DNA from: Tubulanus polymorphus
Taxonomy: Eukaryota > Animalia > Nemertea
Assembly: GCF_964204645.1 (NCBI RefSeq)
Contig: NC_134030.1
Location: 13,103,947 to 13,167,946, forward strand
Direction of reading: 5' to 3'
DNA length: 64,000 nucleotides
Shown: one piece after another, positions 52,472 through 64,000 of the stretch
Layout: each line of letters starts with the position of its first letter
Position numbering within the stretch: the first letter of the stretch is position 1
Program-made: the position numbers and the translations under genes
Notes under the pieces: generated by a model
What the model saw: only the letters and a program-made list of their open reading frames with translations
What the model was told of the DNA's origin: nothing
Databases searched by the model: none

Positions 52472-52881
52472 AGTAATAGGGGTTTAGTTGTTCTAGGTTA
52501 AAGGTTGAATGGTCGAGTTCATTAAAAAACAAATATTAAAAGTAATTTAAAACTATAATATATTTTCATAGCCGTGTGTATTTTAGTTAAATAATAGAAT
52601 TATTAATTATTATTTGAATATATTTGATTATATGAATTTGTGTATTGTAAATAAATCAATTGGTCGCAGAGCGGAGCTTTAGCGAAGCGGAGCGACCAAT
52701 TGATTTAATACAATATGCTTTTAAAATTTAAATTATTAATATCTTAGAATAAAATTTAGTTATAATATGAAATGCACACGGCTATGAAAATATATTATAG
52801 TGTTAAATTACTTTTAATATTTGTTTTTTAATGAGCTCGACCGTTCGACCTTTGGCCTAGAACAACTAAACCCCTATTACT
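52472..52881. repeat. Right terminal imperfect palindrome (410 bp)
   Basis: agtaataggggtttagttgttctagg... pairs with ...cctagaacaactaaacccctattact; inner stem taaatcaattggtcgc/gcgaccaattgattta. Confidence 0.92.
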
Positions 52882-54575
52882 ATTTCCATTTCGAAATCAA
52901 GACGGGGTACCAGTTCAATAGAATGAGCATGATGACTTTCTCAGCATGCCCTACCGAATCAGGTGAACCTTGTCCAAGAAAAACTGTGAAAATTTTTCTG
53001 CTAATGCATAAGCATCTGAATGTTCAGGTAATATCGACGACTTTCCACTGAAAAGAATCTGGTTGTATATCTGTTGAAGACGTTTTTGGTCGCCAGCTGC
53101 ATTGTTAATTTCGTTATCATAGTAAGAAGATTTAGCCGTTTTAAGCTTCGCATCGTAGTGCCTACAGGCGGCTAGAAACAATTCTTTGTGAACTGTGAGT
53201 CTAGTACTCTTCCATTTACGCTCCACCTTACGTTTCGCACATTTTGCATCATGGACTTCGTCCGTGAACCACGGTCGAGACGGGCGTAAATATACACGCT
53301 TGATTTTAACCGGGGCATGTTGATCGAGAGCAGCGCCTAACTCCTGATTAAAATATGTGAGACAATCAGTGACGTCGGTGAATTGCGAAATACCATCATT
53401 TATCACTGATAGGCGTGCTTTGAAAGAATCAGTGTCAATTTCCTGTAGCTTCCTTGTATGTCGAGTGGCCTGAGTTGATTTCAGCCTAGGCTGCCGTAGA
53501 CCACAGACCACGAGGTTGTGATCGGATACCAATTCACCGACACTCAACGACCGAAGAAAATTGGCTTCTCGTTATAACCACGTCCAGAATATGACCAGCG
53601 CAATGTGTCGGTTTAGACAAATGCTGAGAGAGTGCAAAAGTATCCAGAATGTCCGAGAACGGCTTTGAATCAGGCAATGCAGGTTTGTCCAAATGAAAGT
53701 TTATATCGCCAACTATAACTATGTCGTCGGTGGTACTCAACAGAGACTGCAGGAGTTCAGTCAACTCAACAAAGAATTTAGCAACGGTCAGTTTATTAGC
53801 ATGAGAAGGTAGTGGTCGATAAATCACGATACATCTAAGCCAATTTTCGGTCAGGCAAATCTGGAGCTGCATCCCTTCAAAGGTTGTGAATGAGTCCGAT
53901 TTAAGCATTTTGACTGAACTGGGTGTGCCTTCGATGAGAACACCAACACCACCATAGCCTTTGTTCCCAGCACGCGGTAGATGGTGAAACTTAAATCCAT
54001 CTCTGTTAAGGGCTTTAAAGAAATATTCATCCTTAGCAGAATTTGATAACCACGTTTCAGTCAGGCAGAGAATGTCAAGGTTATTTTCAATTACGCTATC
54101 CTAGATGTTGTCAATTTTATTTCTGACTGACCTACAGTTTAGTAGCCCTAAGGTCAACTTTCGTTTTCCGCCACGGTGGTTTCGCCTGGTTGATGGTCGT
54201 TTATATCTGCTTAATGCTCTAAGATTGTCCCTGAGTGCACTGTCAATGACTGATTTGACATTGATGAGCGACTTGACAGTTGTATAGTCCATTTCAATAC
54301 CAGCTTGACTTGGTCGATTCATAACCGTGCATGGATGATCGTCTATCTCTATGTAAAGTAGTACACACAGAATAAACTTTAGTAGTTTCCAGAATTTAAA
54401 TCCAGTCAAAAACATCATATCCGTTTTAGTCAAGCAATGCTAATTGTCACCAAGATAAACTCCACTGATAGTTACGTATTCATACAATATTCCAGCAGTC
54501 CCTTAGATATATTACTGGAGGAAAACTTGCGTTTAGATAGAGCAGACTGGAGCAGCAAACTAAGCGCTCACTAGC
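52882..54575 (-). mobile_element. CR1/L2 LINE, 5' half with APE endonuclease
   Basis: LLNCRSVRNK, LCLTETWL, GGVGV, IYRP, VGDINFH, GHILDVVI, SDHNLV, PWFTDE, FSQFFLDKV. Confidence 0.9.
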
Positions 54576-56044
54576 GACCTCTATCATTATAGACAACTTA
54601 AGGCTGATGGGCACCTCTTCATTTCATAAGTCCCCGAGAAAATACCATTCGAATTTCATCACTATTATTTTCCAACGTACATAGGTGTTGTAAGAATTCT
54701 AAGGTTTAATGAACTTTTTATTTGTAATACTTTTGAATTCGAACTGGAATTTTTCGAACCGTTAACCCTTTTTGTGGTATATTCCACTGTACGATGCGAC
54801 TATTGGAAATAATCAACTTCTAATCTGAAATATCAAATTCAAGAATTGAAGCTATTTGTACTGTCCAATGAACTCTTCTTAACTTGTGATATATTTGAGC
54901 TGTGCGATAGCTTTTATTATTAATTTAGTAATGATGGACTATCAATTTGTAAATTTTTTTCGAATTCAAATTTTTGTACGATAATTTGTACGCTCATGAT
55001 ATTCTCATGCTATTATTTTGTTATACCGTACACTAAAAATTAATGAATTCAAAACATCAATAAATGAATAAGTTTAGCATATAAATAAATGAATAAATAT
55101 AATACATCAATGTGAATAAACTGACCTTAAGATTGTATGCTCTTGCACTCCAAGTCAAAGTTGGAGTCTGCACGATAGTCCGACATCTCATTTGTCCCAC
55201 AATTCTGTCCCTGTTCCATTGATTCCGCGTCTCATTATTTCCTTGTGTTATTGGTCCCACAATTTATTCTACGTTCAATTGGTCCCATATGTCACCAGTC
55301 CTACATCTTCATATATACATGTAAATTCAACGCCTCATCGACCCCATGTTTCATTAGTTTTTTTAGAATATACACAGTTATTAACCATCGAGGGTATTAT
55401 ACAAGCAGGTAGGGAAACTGATTATTTACCAGCCAATTTGAAAAGGAAGCTGAGCTGAAATACAGTGCCGCTTGAAAAAACTGCCGATGTAAAAATATAC
55501 AATTCCGTCAAGTATTTGACGGAGAAGCCAGGCTATCAGAGGTTGGGGCAAATGTTAGTTTCGTTGCTATCGAATTAGATGGAAAAATCTACGCGCTATG
55601 TCGTGCGATATAGAACAGTATCCTGGAGCCAGTTACTGGCTTTTATCGCTCAACTGAGTGGTTACAACGTAATATCCGATGGTTCACCATTCCATCATCG
55701 AGCCCGAGATGTTATGGCAATTGTTTTCCCAACTGATGCAAAAATTAAAAATACTAATCAGCGCACATGGATGCGAGGTCACTTTTATGGATTATGAATT
55801 CTACATGGAATTGTAATTTTCCATGATTGACCCTCATTTTAAAGTAAATTCAAATGCGGTTCTAATGAGGGGATACCTATCAAACTAATATCTGTTATGA
55901 AGCTAGTAGCAAGAGCTACCAGAAAAGGTTTGATATACAATGTTATTCATTCGGGTAACCAGTGACCTAAATCTTGAGGTCAAATTTAGGTCAAGTATTT
56001 ATTTACACGACCTAGTTCACTAAAGATTAACATTGCTAGCACTT

Positions 56045-57142
56045 TGTATGAGTAGTAGAGCTTTTAAACGACTGTAAGACATCCATCAAGCATACTAATA
56101 TCGTTTGAGCAGCCAGATATGATTGTCGCCATCTAGTGGAAGTAGGTAAGTACGTCACGTGTCTCCTGGTAGGTAACTCTGCCAAGGTCTATTAGATTAC
56201 ATCGTCACTCCCCAAGTGACTGCCACTGAAATGGTTTAAGAACATACTAGCACAGCTTTACCAGTTGTTCAGTGTTCATAATAATCTCCAGCTATGTGTG
56301 CAGGCTTTGTACTGATGACCAGAAAAACAGACGAAATATACAGCGCAGTTTTCGAAAAGATACGACATATAGCGGCCACATTCAACCCATCGCGCTTGAT
56401 GGCTTAATTTCGACGAGACACCAGCTATGGCCTTCGTATTGTTTATCCAGGAAGAAAGACACTAAATATTTGGATGGATATATGAAAGCTGTGGGTACTG
56501 GAGTGTGTAATGGGTAGTGTAGTGTGATCTGTGTGCATTTGTGGCCAGCACACAGATCACATTGTTCATTGGGGTTTGGTCCAGGACTCGCTAGACTGGT
56601 TGTCGGTCTCTACCTTCAGTTAGAATTCTGACTGCGAATGCAGGTGGCGCAGAATTGGACAGTAGACTGGTTACCGGTCTCTATCTTCAATTAGAGACCG
56701 GTTGTGGTCATCCTCCATTTTACATTTTCGATGCATGTCAAATAAGGTCAAACATGTAAAGTAGCAAGTTACTTCCTGGTTAAGATGGCGTCTCTTCGAA
56801 TTTGCTTAGCTTCGAGTGATATCAAAATTGCCCTTTAATTGACGGAAAGACATTAATTGCGATAAGTATCAGATAAATCCGCTGATAATGTACCTGGTAC
56901 TCGGAATACAAACTAACAAGGATCGAAATCTAATGCGAGGTGAGCTTCGCCGCGACCGTCACTGAATACAGAACATTCTGAAGGAACAGGGGACATCCTT
57001 TCTGAGATGTATTTAGTGAATTGATGTTTTAATACAGTTGACTATATTTAGTATCTGAATAAAGTTTACAATTGTTGAACTCCTTAGCGCTTTGTGAGAT
57101 CAGATATTTGGATCCACCTCAGCCTACTGATTTCCTGATACA
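56045..57142 (+). mobile_element. Possible solo LTR
   Basis: tgtatgag...ctgataca ends, AATAAA near the 3' end; no TSD found. Confidence 0.35.
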
Positions 57143-57585
57143 GACAGCAAGTTGGGACAGTCAAATTAAGAGACTTGGTCAAGATAAGTAACTCAAATCA
57201 CACTGGAAATTCGCAATATCCTCTCTCCTAATGGACCACACAATGTCAATGTTGACTTTGCTAGAAATAAAACTTATTATAAAACTTATCACGACCAATT
57301 CTTTTTCACTGTATTCAATATTTATTGTTCACTTCTGGTAGAAAATCTTGTTCAGCCCCTGACAAGAGAATAAGCAATTGACAAGAGAATAAGCATCGAC
57401 ACTACGTATTTCATGACATAGAACAGTAGTTTTTATTTCATCAACGAATTGGGACGATCCTGATATCCCTGATTTGAATGATAGTGTCTTAAAAATCACA
57501 AAGACCATTTCTCGACCAGACAGATAATCCAATCGCAATTCAAATTGAAGGCTCGCTAGTGCAGTTATTCACAGAATCCAGCTCT

Positions 57586-57590
57586 GATGA

Positions 57591-57622
<32 letters not shown>

Positions 57623-57663
57623 ATGGTGATGATGATGGTGATGGTGATGATGATGATGATGAT
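57586..57663. repeat. (GAT/GGT)n microsatellite
   Basis: Direct inspection. Confidence 0.92.
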
Positions 57664-60600
57664 CGCTCACAATAATCTACAATAGATAATCAATATAGTG
57701 TTTGTGAAATAGAATATTCAATTTTTACATTTTTACGAAGTAAGCAAGTAGGTGAAGTTACCTTGTTGATGTCATTATTTTCACTGGATCAACTGCTGAT
57801 GTCCAATGTCACATTAAGAACAATTAATCAATCGCCTCGAGTGAACAAACAAGTAGCCTCTGCTGCAAGGTTCAGTATGTCAGTAGTGGTATAGTAGTAT
57901 TGTATGTATTGTTGTTTCCATCCACCAGTCCAAATTGCTGATTGACGACCGGTAGGTTTCGACTGCGCTGTCATGCAGCCATCCTGAATTGAATACCGAT
58001 ATTTCCGGTACCACACGCTAAACAAGTGCCCGCAGAAGCGTTACCTTGCAGATTTAACGGAATTTCGTTCTTCGTCGGTATAAAAAATGACTTCCATGAG
58101 AGGTCCATGGAACGTAAATCGAGACACAGTGTAGGCGGCCGTGTTACATTGTTCACGTGATGAAATACTGAAATCTGATTGGATCCGTAAAATCCGCAGA
58201 AGATGGCGGACGGGAAAAACCTGTCCCATATGGAATGGGACAGGCAACCAGTCTAAATTGGACAGGCGACCAGTCTAGATTTTCAACAACACGGAAGTAA
58301 CGTGTAATAATGATGACTTGAATTGCATGACTACCTACCAACCCCCATTATTGTTGGAAAACTAAACGTTCCGCACTGACTAAAAATTAGTAATAACATT
58401 TTAGAAATGGCCAGAATTTTAACTTAGGTTCTATCTCATTTTTATTTTACAATTGCGATTGGTATAATTTTTTTAAACGGCCGTTAAGGCTTCATGTTTC
58501 GTCTGCAATTCACTGCAAATAGTTAAGCAACTACGCACATTTCAGTGTTTTTGGCAGCTGTACACTCAATTGGCACCGTTCGTGACTAGCTTCACTGCGG
58601 AATTATCATTAATCAACATCGCCATATCACATCATCAACTTATATTGTGCCTTAAAACCCTAACAGCCGAAATAATTGAAATGCACACACGATTTCTAGC
58701 ATTGAAAATTGAGAGAGTGGCAATGTTTGTGTTCTGCTGCTTCGCTTAAATCCCGCGCGGTGGCGCAACCGCGCGGATTGGGGCCGATACGTCTAGACGT
58801 AAAGTATCTTTTATCGCGATAATTCCAGTTCAGAACGTACTCTCGTGATGAAAACCACGTGTATCCCCCTGCTACCAGCTAAGAATATCGAGGGGGGACG
58901 AGGAGGGAATCTAATCTGCGCCTCTTTCGCTATGTGCTCGAATGGGAAAATTGGGCCAGAATGAACACCTGTGCATGGTTATCCGGACAGAACCAGTAAT
59001 GATGTTGAAATTTTTCCATGCTCAGCTGAAATCACGCTTTGGGGTTCTTTTTCAAAGATCTCGTAAAACTAGCCGAAGATGTTGTCAACGAAACAAGTCG
59101 ACTTCGATGGGGTCTCAAAATACGCTGGAGAAAAAAAGCTCAAAGTAGTCGCTATAACTACACTGCCTGTCCGGCGGGCGAGCGAGCATGCGCAGAGCAA
59201 ACTCTTCTCGTAGGTAATTGACGGTAATTGAATAAAATTTATTTGAAATCATTTCTAAACTATTGCTATATTTAATCTTTTTATGAAATTTTAACACTGC
59301 ATATAGGCCTTGTAATAAATAGCAGGTTATCTGTCAACAACAACAAGAAGTTTGAGTTGTATCAATATTGATGAAAGATCTGAGCACTTTTACTTTGGAA
59401 CTTTGCAAGTGCAAATTTAAAGGTTCAGTGAGATCTATTGTAGTAATACTTTCCGATATGAATAATTGTAGCCTTATCGAGCTTACGTAATGTTAATGAC
59501 GAACCGGTGCCGTGGATCACTTTTTAAAGAACGTAATTCACAGTCATCTTAAATCGACTATATAAATCGGTAGTAGAGTATCTTATTGAAAATCGTTTCA
59601 AAACTATTGCTACATTTAATCTTTTTAAGAAAAGTTTAAGATGGGATTTTAATTGTTTAACATAATGACCAATGCAAATTTTCAGTGATAATCCATGTAA
59701 TGTAATGAGATTATTCACGGATTAATTAGTTAACAATGACTGAAGAGCTATGACAGTGAATGTGTTTTTCTGAGTGCAGTTGGGGCTATTAATCTATCAA
59801 CATTGACTTCTGAGTCCACAGATAATTGTGTATCAGACGTGTACCTTTGGTAGGAACTCCTAAATACATTTGTTTGGCCTTGCCCATGTCATTCATTCTT
59901 ATTAAATGAGTTCTTGGCTGTTTTTGGAATATTGGCAAAGAAAATTGGGAGTAATTAAATATGCATAAAATTGTACGCGAATGATGGTCGAAATACATGA
60001 AGGGATGGATGATAATGGTATTCATTTTGTATTCTATTTACACAAGTATTCGGCATTTTCGATCTTTTCAAGGCCTTAGGTAAAAAGATTACGTTTTGTA
60101 CTCGGTACTCTTTAGTTTCAGGTGAAGCACCGTTACAAAAAATGAAGTATAGATTCGGACATTTGCATATTTCTAATGTACGTAATGTACGTAGACGTGC
60201 CGTGCATCTAGATGGTCGTTTTAGCATTTACTAAAGGTCTATCTATCACTTGAGCATATATATTTGGTGTATCTAGAAAAGTGAATAGAATTATATTTGA
60301 AATTACAAAAACGGTTTCGTTTTTTATGCCTCCGGCTCAACTTAAGTTGAGAGGGGGTATATAGATTTACGCGCAACCTAAATACGCCGCCACCGCTTCC
60401 GCAAATGATGTTCACAGCCTAGGCAAACTTTGGTTACCGGAGTTAGTCGACTTAAGTCGAACTTAACGAAACCGAATGTCCGTTAGTCGGCACTATGGTC
60501 CGGAAATGATCGACCGCACAATTGAGCACGGTCGCTATAGTTCGGACCTTGGTTCAAGATGGCCGACACTGGGAAATACGTTACGACCGAACTATAGTGT

Positions 60601-60789
60601 GTTTGGTTATTAGTTCAGACCACTAGTCGACTAGCTACGAAAACCGAAGTTGGCCCTAGATGCCGCAATTGTTGACCGATTATTTTCAAACCCGGTACAC
60701 AAGTAGGGCATCATTTGGAGCAGATCCCTATTCTAATGGTTCGATTCGATTCAAATCATGGCCACCAGGGGCCGACATGGAAAACGAAG

Positions 60790-62220
60790 CTAGCGGCCTA
60801 GATAATTTGAGAGTATGGCATATCAACAACATTAATTGCATAATAAATGTCGTAATTAGATGGAAGCTCGGGATGTACAGGTTTCCACGGTAAACGTGCT
60901 ATATAGCGGCCATCGAAAAATGTAATAGAATTTTGGCAATATGATTGAAACATTAGATCAGACTCGGTATCCGAAATACTTAACGTATCAAGCTTCCAAT
61001 AAGTATCTAACTCTATTTCGTCTTCTTTATGAGGAGTCACGATGCTCATGATCATAGCTTGGTTTACAAATTCTGACTTACTTACTGGACCCGAAATTAC
61101 ATATCCTAGTTTCGATCTTACCGCCGTTGGACCCTCTCCTCTTCGAATTTCATCTTCAATAAAAGACCAATATAAATCTACACCTATAAGTAGTGTTACA
61201 TTAAATAAATCACAATCAGACCTATTGTTAGCTAACTTAAGCCCTTTCAAAAACGGATATACACCGAGTACTGCACACGATTGGCTAGCGATGTTGCTAT
61301 TGTAGGACAAACTAAAGTACTAATCCGTATGCGTTTTTTATCCAGAGTTACAACGTCAAATTCCACCACGTCCATTTACCTAGTTATGGATTTATCTCCT
61401 CAAAATCTAGTTACACATATAATCTCTGACCGATGCAAACCTAAGTTATCAACAACGAGTGCTTGCGAAACAAATGATCGTGTCGCCCCTTCATCGATGA
61501 TTATATTTGCTTCACCAATAAATTCATTTGTAGGGGAAGCGACTGTAGCAACTGCAGTCTTAAAAAGAACTGCACAATCTGCCGATGTAAAATACTGTTT
61601 TACTTCTGTGTTTACTTCAGATACGGAATAACATTGCGAAATATCTGAATGTTTGAAATTTGTGGCATTTCAACCAGATCCAATTTCACAAGTCTCAAAA
61701 CTTAGAGTGTTGGTGCTATCGTCTTTATTTCCCGCACTGAATTTACTTCGATTGATAAAAGGTCATTTATTTAGAAATGACGGAAATGCAATATTCCAGA
61801 TTGAAACAAAATTTTGCAAAAATGTTGGCCTAAAAAGTGCCAAATAATAAAACATAGTCACATACATGTTTACCGCCGTGATAATCTCGGAAAGCAGTTA
61901 ACACATCGATTTCCAAAAGGAGATGGGACATAATGGTGGGTTTTAATAACACATATGCGTCTAGGAAACTCAAACGGACTGAATCGCCACGAGGTTAGTC
62001 ATTGGGTGGCGCTCAACAAGTGATGAGATCACGTGATAGATAAACTACACTGGCTCTCATAAAACATTTTATATCCTAACGTAAATAAAATTCCTTTACG
62101 ATCAAATTGAACACGCTGGTTGGACTTGCCAGGACAAATACTTGTATGATGCTTTTTATCGCATAATTTACATCTGAAACGAGAACGACACTGACTCACT
62201 AACCAAAGCAAATGAAACAT
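60790..62220 (-). mobile_element. Second, decayed BEL/Pao gag-protease fragment
   Basis: CKLCDKKHHTSIC, LLIGVDLYW, GPTAVRSKLGYVISGP, YIARLPWK; interrupted and frameshifted. Confidence 0.85.
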
Positions 62221-63829
62221 TGGCCAGAATGTTTAAAGGGTAACTGACACCTTATTTTTTATTTCAAAAAATGATGTATTCTATTGATCTATACACTCAT
62301 CTTCAACCGTTCTGTTCAAAAATGTTTATGCACAATTTGTGATTTTGTAACATGATTTTTGACCTCTTTTCGTTTTTTACATCGCTAACTGTTCAGCGTC
62401 GGCTAATTCAGCAGGTGTGCGCTGCAACGTCATTATAGGGACAGCTGAGAAATAACGTCTAAAGAAATGCGTTGAATTTTGAGGAAACTGCGTGTATTTT
62501 CTGTTATATCTCAATGCCAGACTGTTTTACAGCTTTGAAACTGGCCAAGGAGGTAGAAGGGTCTATTGCCCACTGCATAAACCTATTTCAAAGAATCAAT
62601 GAGTAATTTGAATTGACTAAATCGATCAAATTGAAGATGCAGATTTCAATCCGCTGAGAATCGTTAATTACTCGTTAGTTTTTGGCGAACCTATGGTTCG
62701 CTACTTATGCCAACGGTCTAGTTGGCCTTGTGCCAATATTGCTAGAAAGTGATGTTAACAAGCCACATTTTGAAACGGTGATAGACCCGGTCGTATTTCT
62801 TGTTGCAGATGATTCAAATAGCCTAACACTCGCTATTGTGCGAATTTCGTTGCGATGTGATTGATCTAAGCTGTAAAATTTTAGATAATTAGAAAATTTC
62901 CTTAGCTTTGATATAGTTCCTTAGCTTTAATGACATGACCTGGAATGACCTAAGTCATGAATAATCATAAGCAGATGCGCATTCACTTAACACTGCGTAG
63001 AATGACAGGTGGATCCTCGCTAAAATAGATCCATTTTGTAGACCTGATTTAGCGATATGAACGGTGGGTTTGAATTGCTTTGTCTTCTTATCTGTCACTA
63101 CAATGCGTGTTTGTGCATGAAAACAGTTTCTTCAATGATTTTGATAGAACATTGCACAGGCGTTTAAAACATTTCTTGAGGGTGGCCAGGCTGAAATTTC
63201 GAGATGATACGAACGAACTTAATATTTAGCGTAATTTAGCAACTCGCGATATTTGGTCATTAATTAGTTTGCTAGGGCAATGGAATACAGAAGCATCAGT
63301 AAAACATATATTTTCTCTTTTTTTACCTTCAGGGCCTCTTGTTTAGGTAATGATCTGGCGGGTAGCAGTCATTAAACTTATAACAAAAATTACGACGTTC
63401 ACGGGAAACCATAACCTAGATACATGTACGACGGAACATCTGAACTATTCAAGATTCAAGTTATTGTAAAAAAATTAGCTTGTTATTTTGCAAAAAAATA
63501 AAACATTTTATTTTATATGAAGTGTTACCTCTCCATCTCACAGTTCTTTGTCAACTAAGCTTTGATTATTACCCCCCCTCCCCTCCACCCCAATTTCAAA
63601 TGCAAAGTTCAATGTTACCCAGGATTGACTGGTAAGATTAACAATGCCAGACTTAATCTCTCGATGAAATCTTCCTGACCAATTACTTATTGGGACCAGG
63701 TCAGCAGCCACTTCTTTGAAAGCATATTTCGCTTTCTTCCTTTTACTTCTCAGATTATCATGTCGGTGAGCTTCTGGGCTATTGGTCCTTTATTATATTC
63801 TGTCAATTGTCCATTTATTTTACATGTTT

Positions 63830-63990
63830 TTTTTATTCGAAATCAATGATATTCATATAAATAATGTTCATTTTTATGAAATTATTAGGAGTAATTGGGA
63901 AAGTGTTGTTTCAGATCAAATAAAAGGTTGAAAGGGAGAGTGGGCTCGACCTTTCGACCTTTGATATGAAACAACACTTATCCAATTACT
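63830..63990. mobile_element. Isolated Polinton end with shortened terminal palindrome (63890-63990)
   Basis: agtaattggg.aagtgttgtttca...tgaaacaacactt.tccaattact, preceded by subterminal AT-rich sequence. Confidence 0.75.
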
Positions 63991-64000
63991 GACCGTGAAT

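Larger units (their letters stand above)
25819..52881 (-). mobile_element. Endogenous Polinton/Maverick (adintovirus-like), decayed, with nested insertions
   Basis: AGTAATAGGG...CCCTATTACT ends, TIRs, pPolB, retroviral-type integrase, A32/FtsK ATPase, MCP, penton. Confidence 0.95.

Noticed and set aside
57329-58341. Possible host exons on the minus strand
   Set aside because: Could not build a phase-consistent open gene model; left uncalled
60321-60790. HINE-like 5' end; also TTAA-starting Kolobok-like ends at ~17014, ~36319 and ~62233
   Set aside because: Matching opposite termini not located, so boundaries are unsupported

Overview
AT-rich, repeat-dense eukaryotic (probably invertebrate) genomic DNA with spliceosomal introns. 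The main feature is a ~27-kb decayed endogenous Polinton/Maverick-type virus (25819-52881). All its genes are on the minus strand: protein-primed PolB, penton, several small membrane proteins, major capsid protein, Zn-finger and HNH-like ORFs, chromodomain integrase and packaging ATPase. Two things make it unusual. (i) Each end is a self-complementary palindrome (152 bp left; 410 bp right with GCGNAGC mini-hairpins at the apex) lying outside a near-identical 123-bp TIR. (ii) 13 of about 16 gene starts read TAAATG, and in the structural block this is preceded by a T-run plus a 5-7 nt spacer, like a poxvirus late promoter; the replication genes share a different upstream motif. This suggests, by inference only, a virophage-like element that uses the transcription machinery of a cytoplasmic large DNA virus. 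The element splits a CR1/L2 LINE and carries nested insertions: a circularly permuted single-LTR BEL/Pao element, a solo LTR, Helentron/HINE elements and a Penelope pLTR remnant. Four more fragments of the same family lie at ~3.3-3.7, 4.8-6.7, 8.5-12.2 and 63.8-64.0 kb. A five-exon host gene for a 255-aa secreted protein can be spliced at 14136-18402 (-). The rest is LINE, Penelope, BEL and MITE debris plus microsatellites. All product calls come from motif recognition by eye, not database searches.
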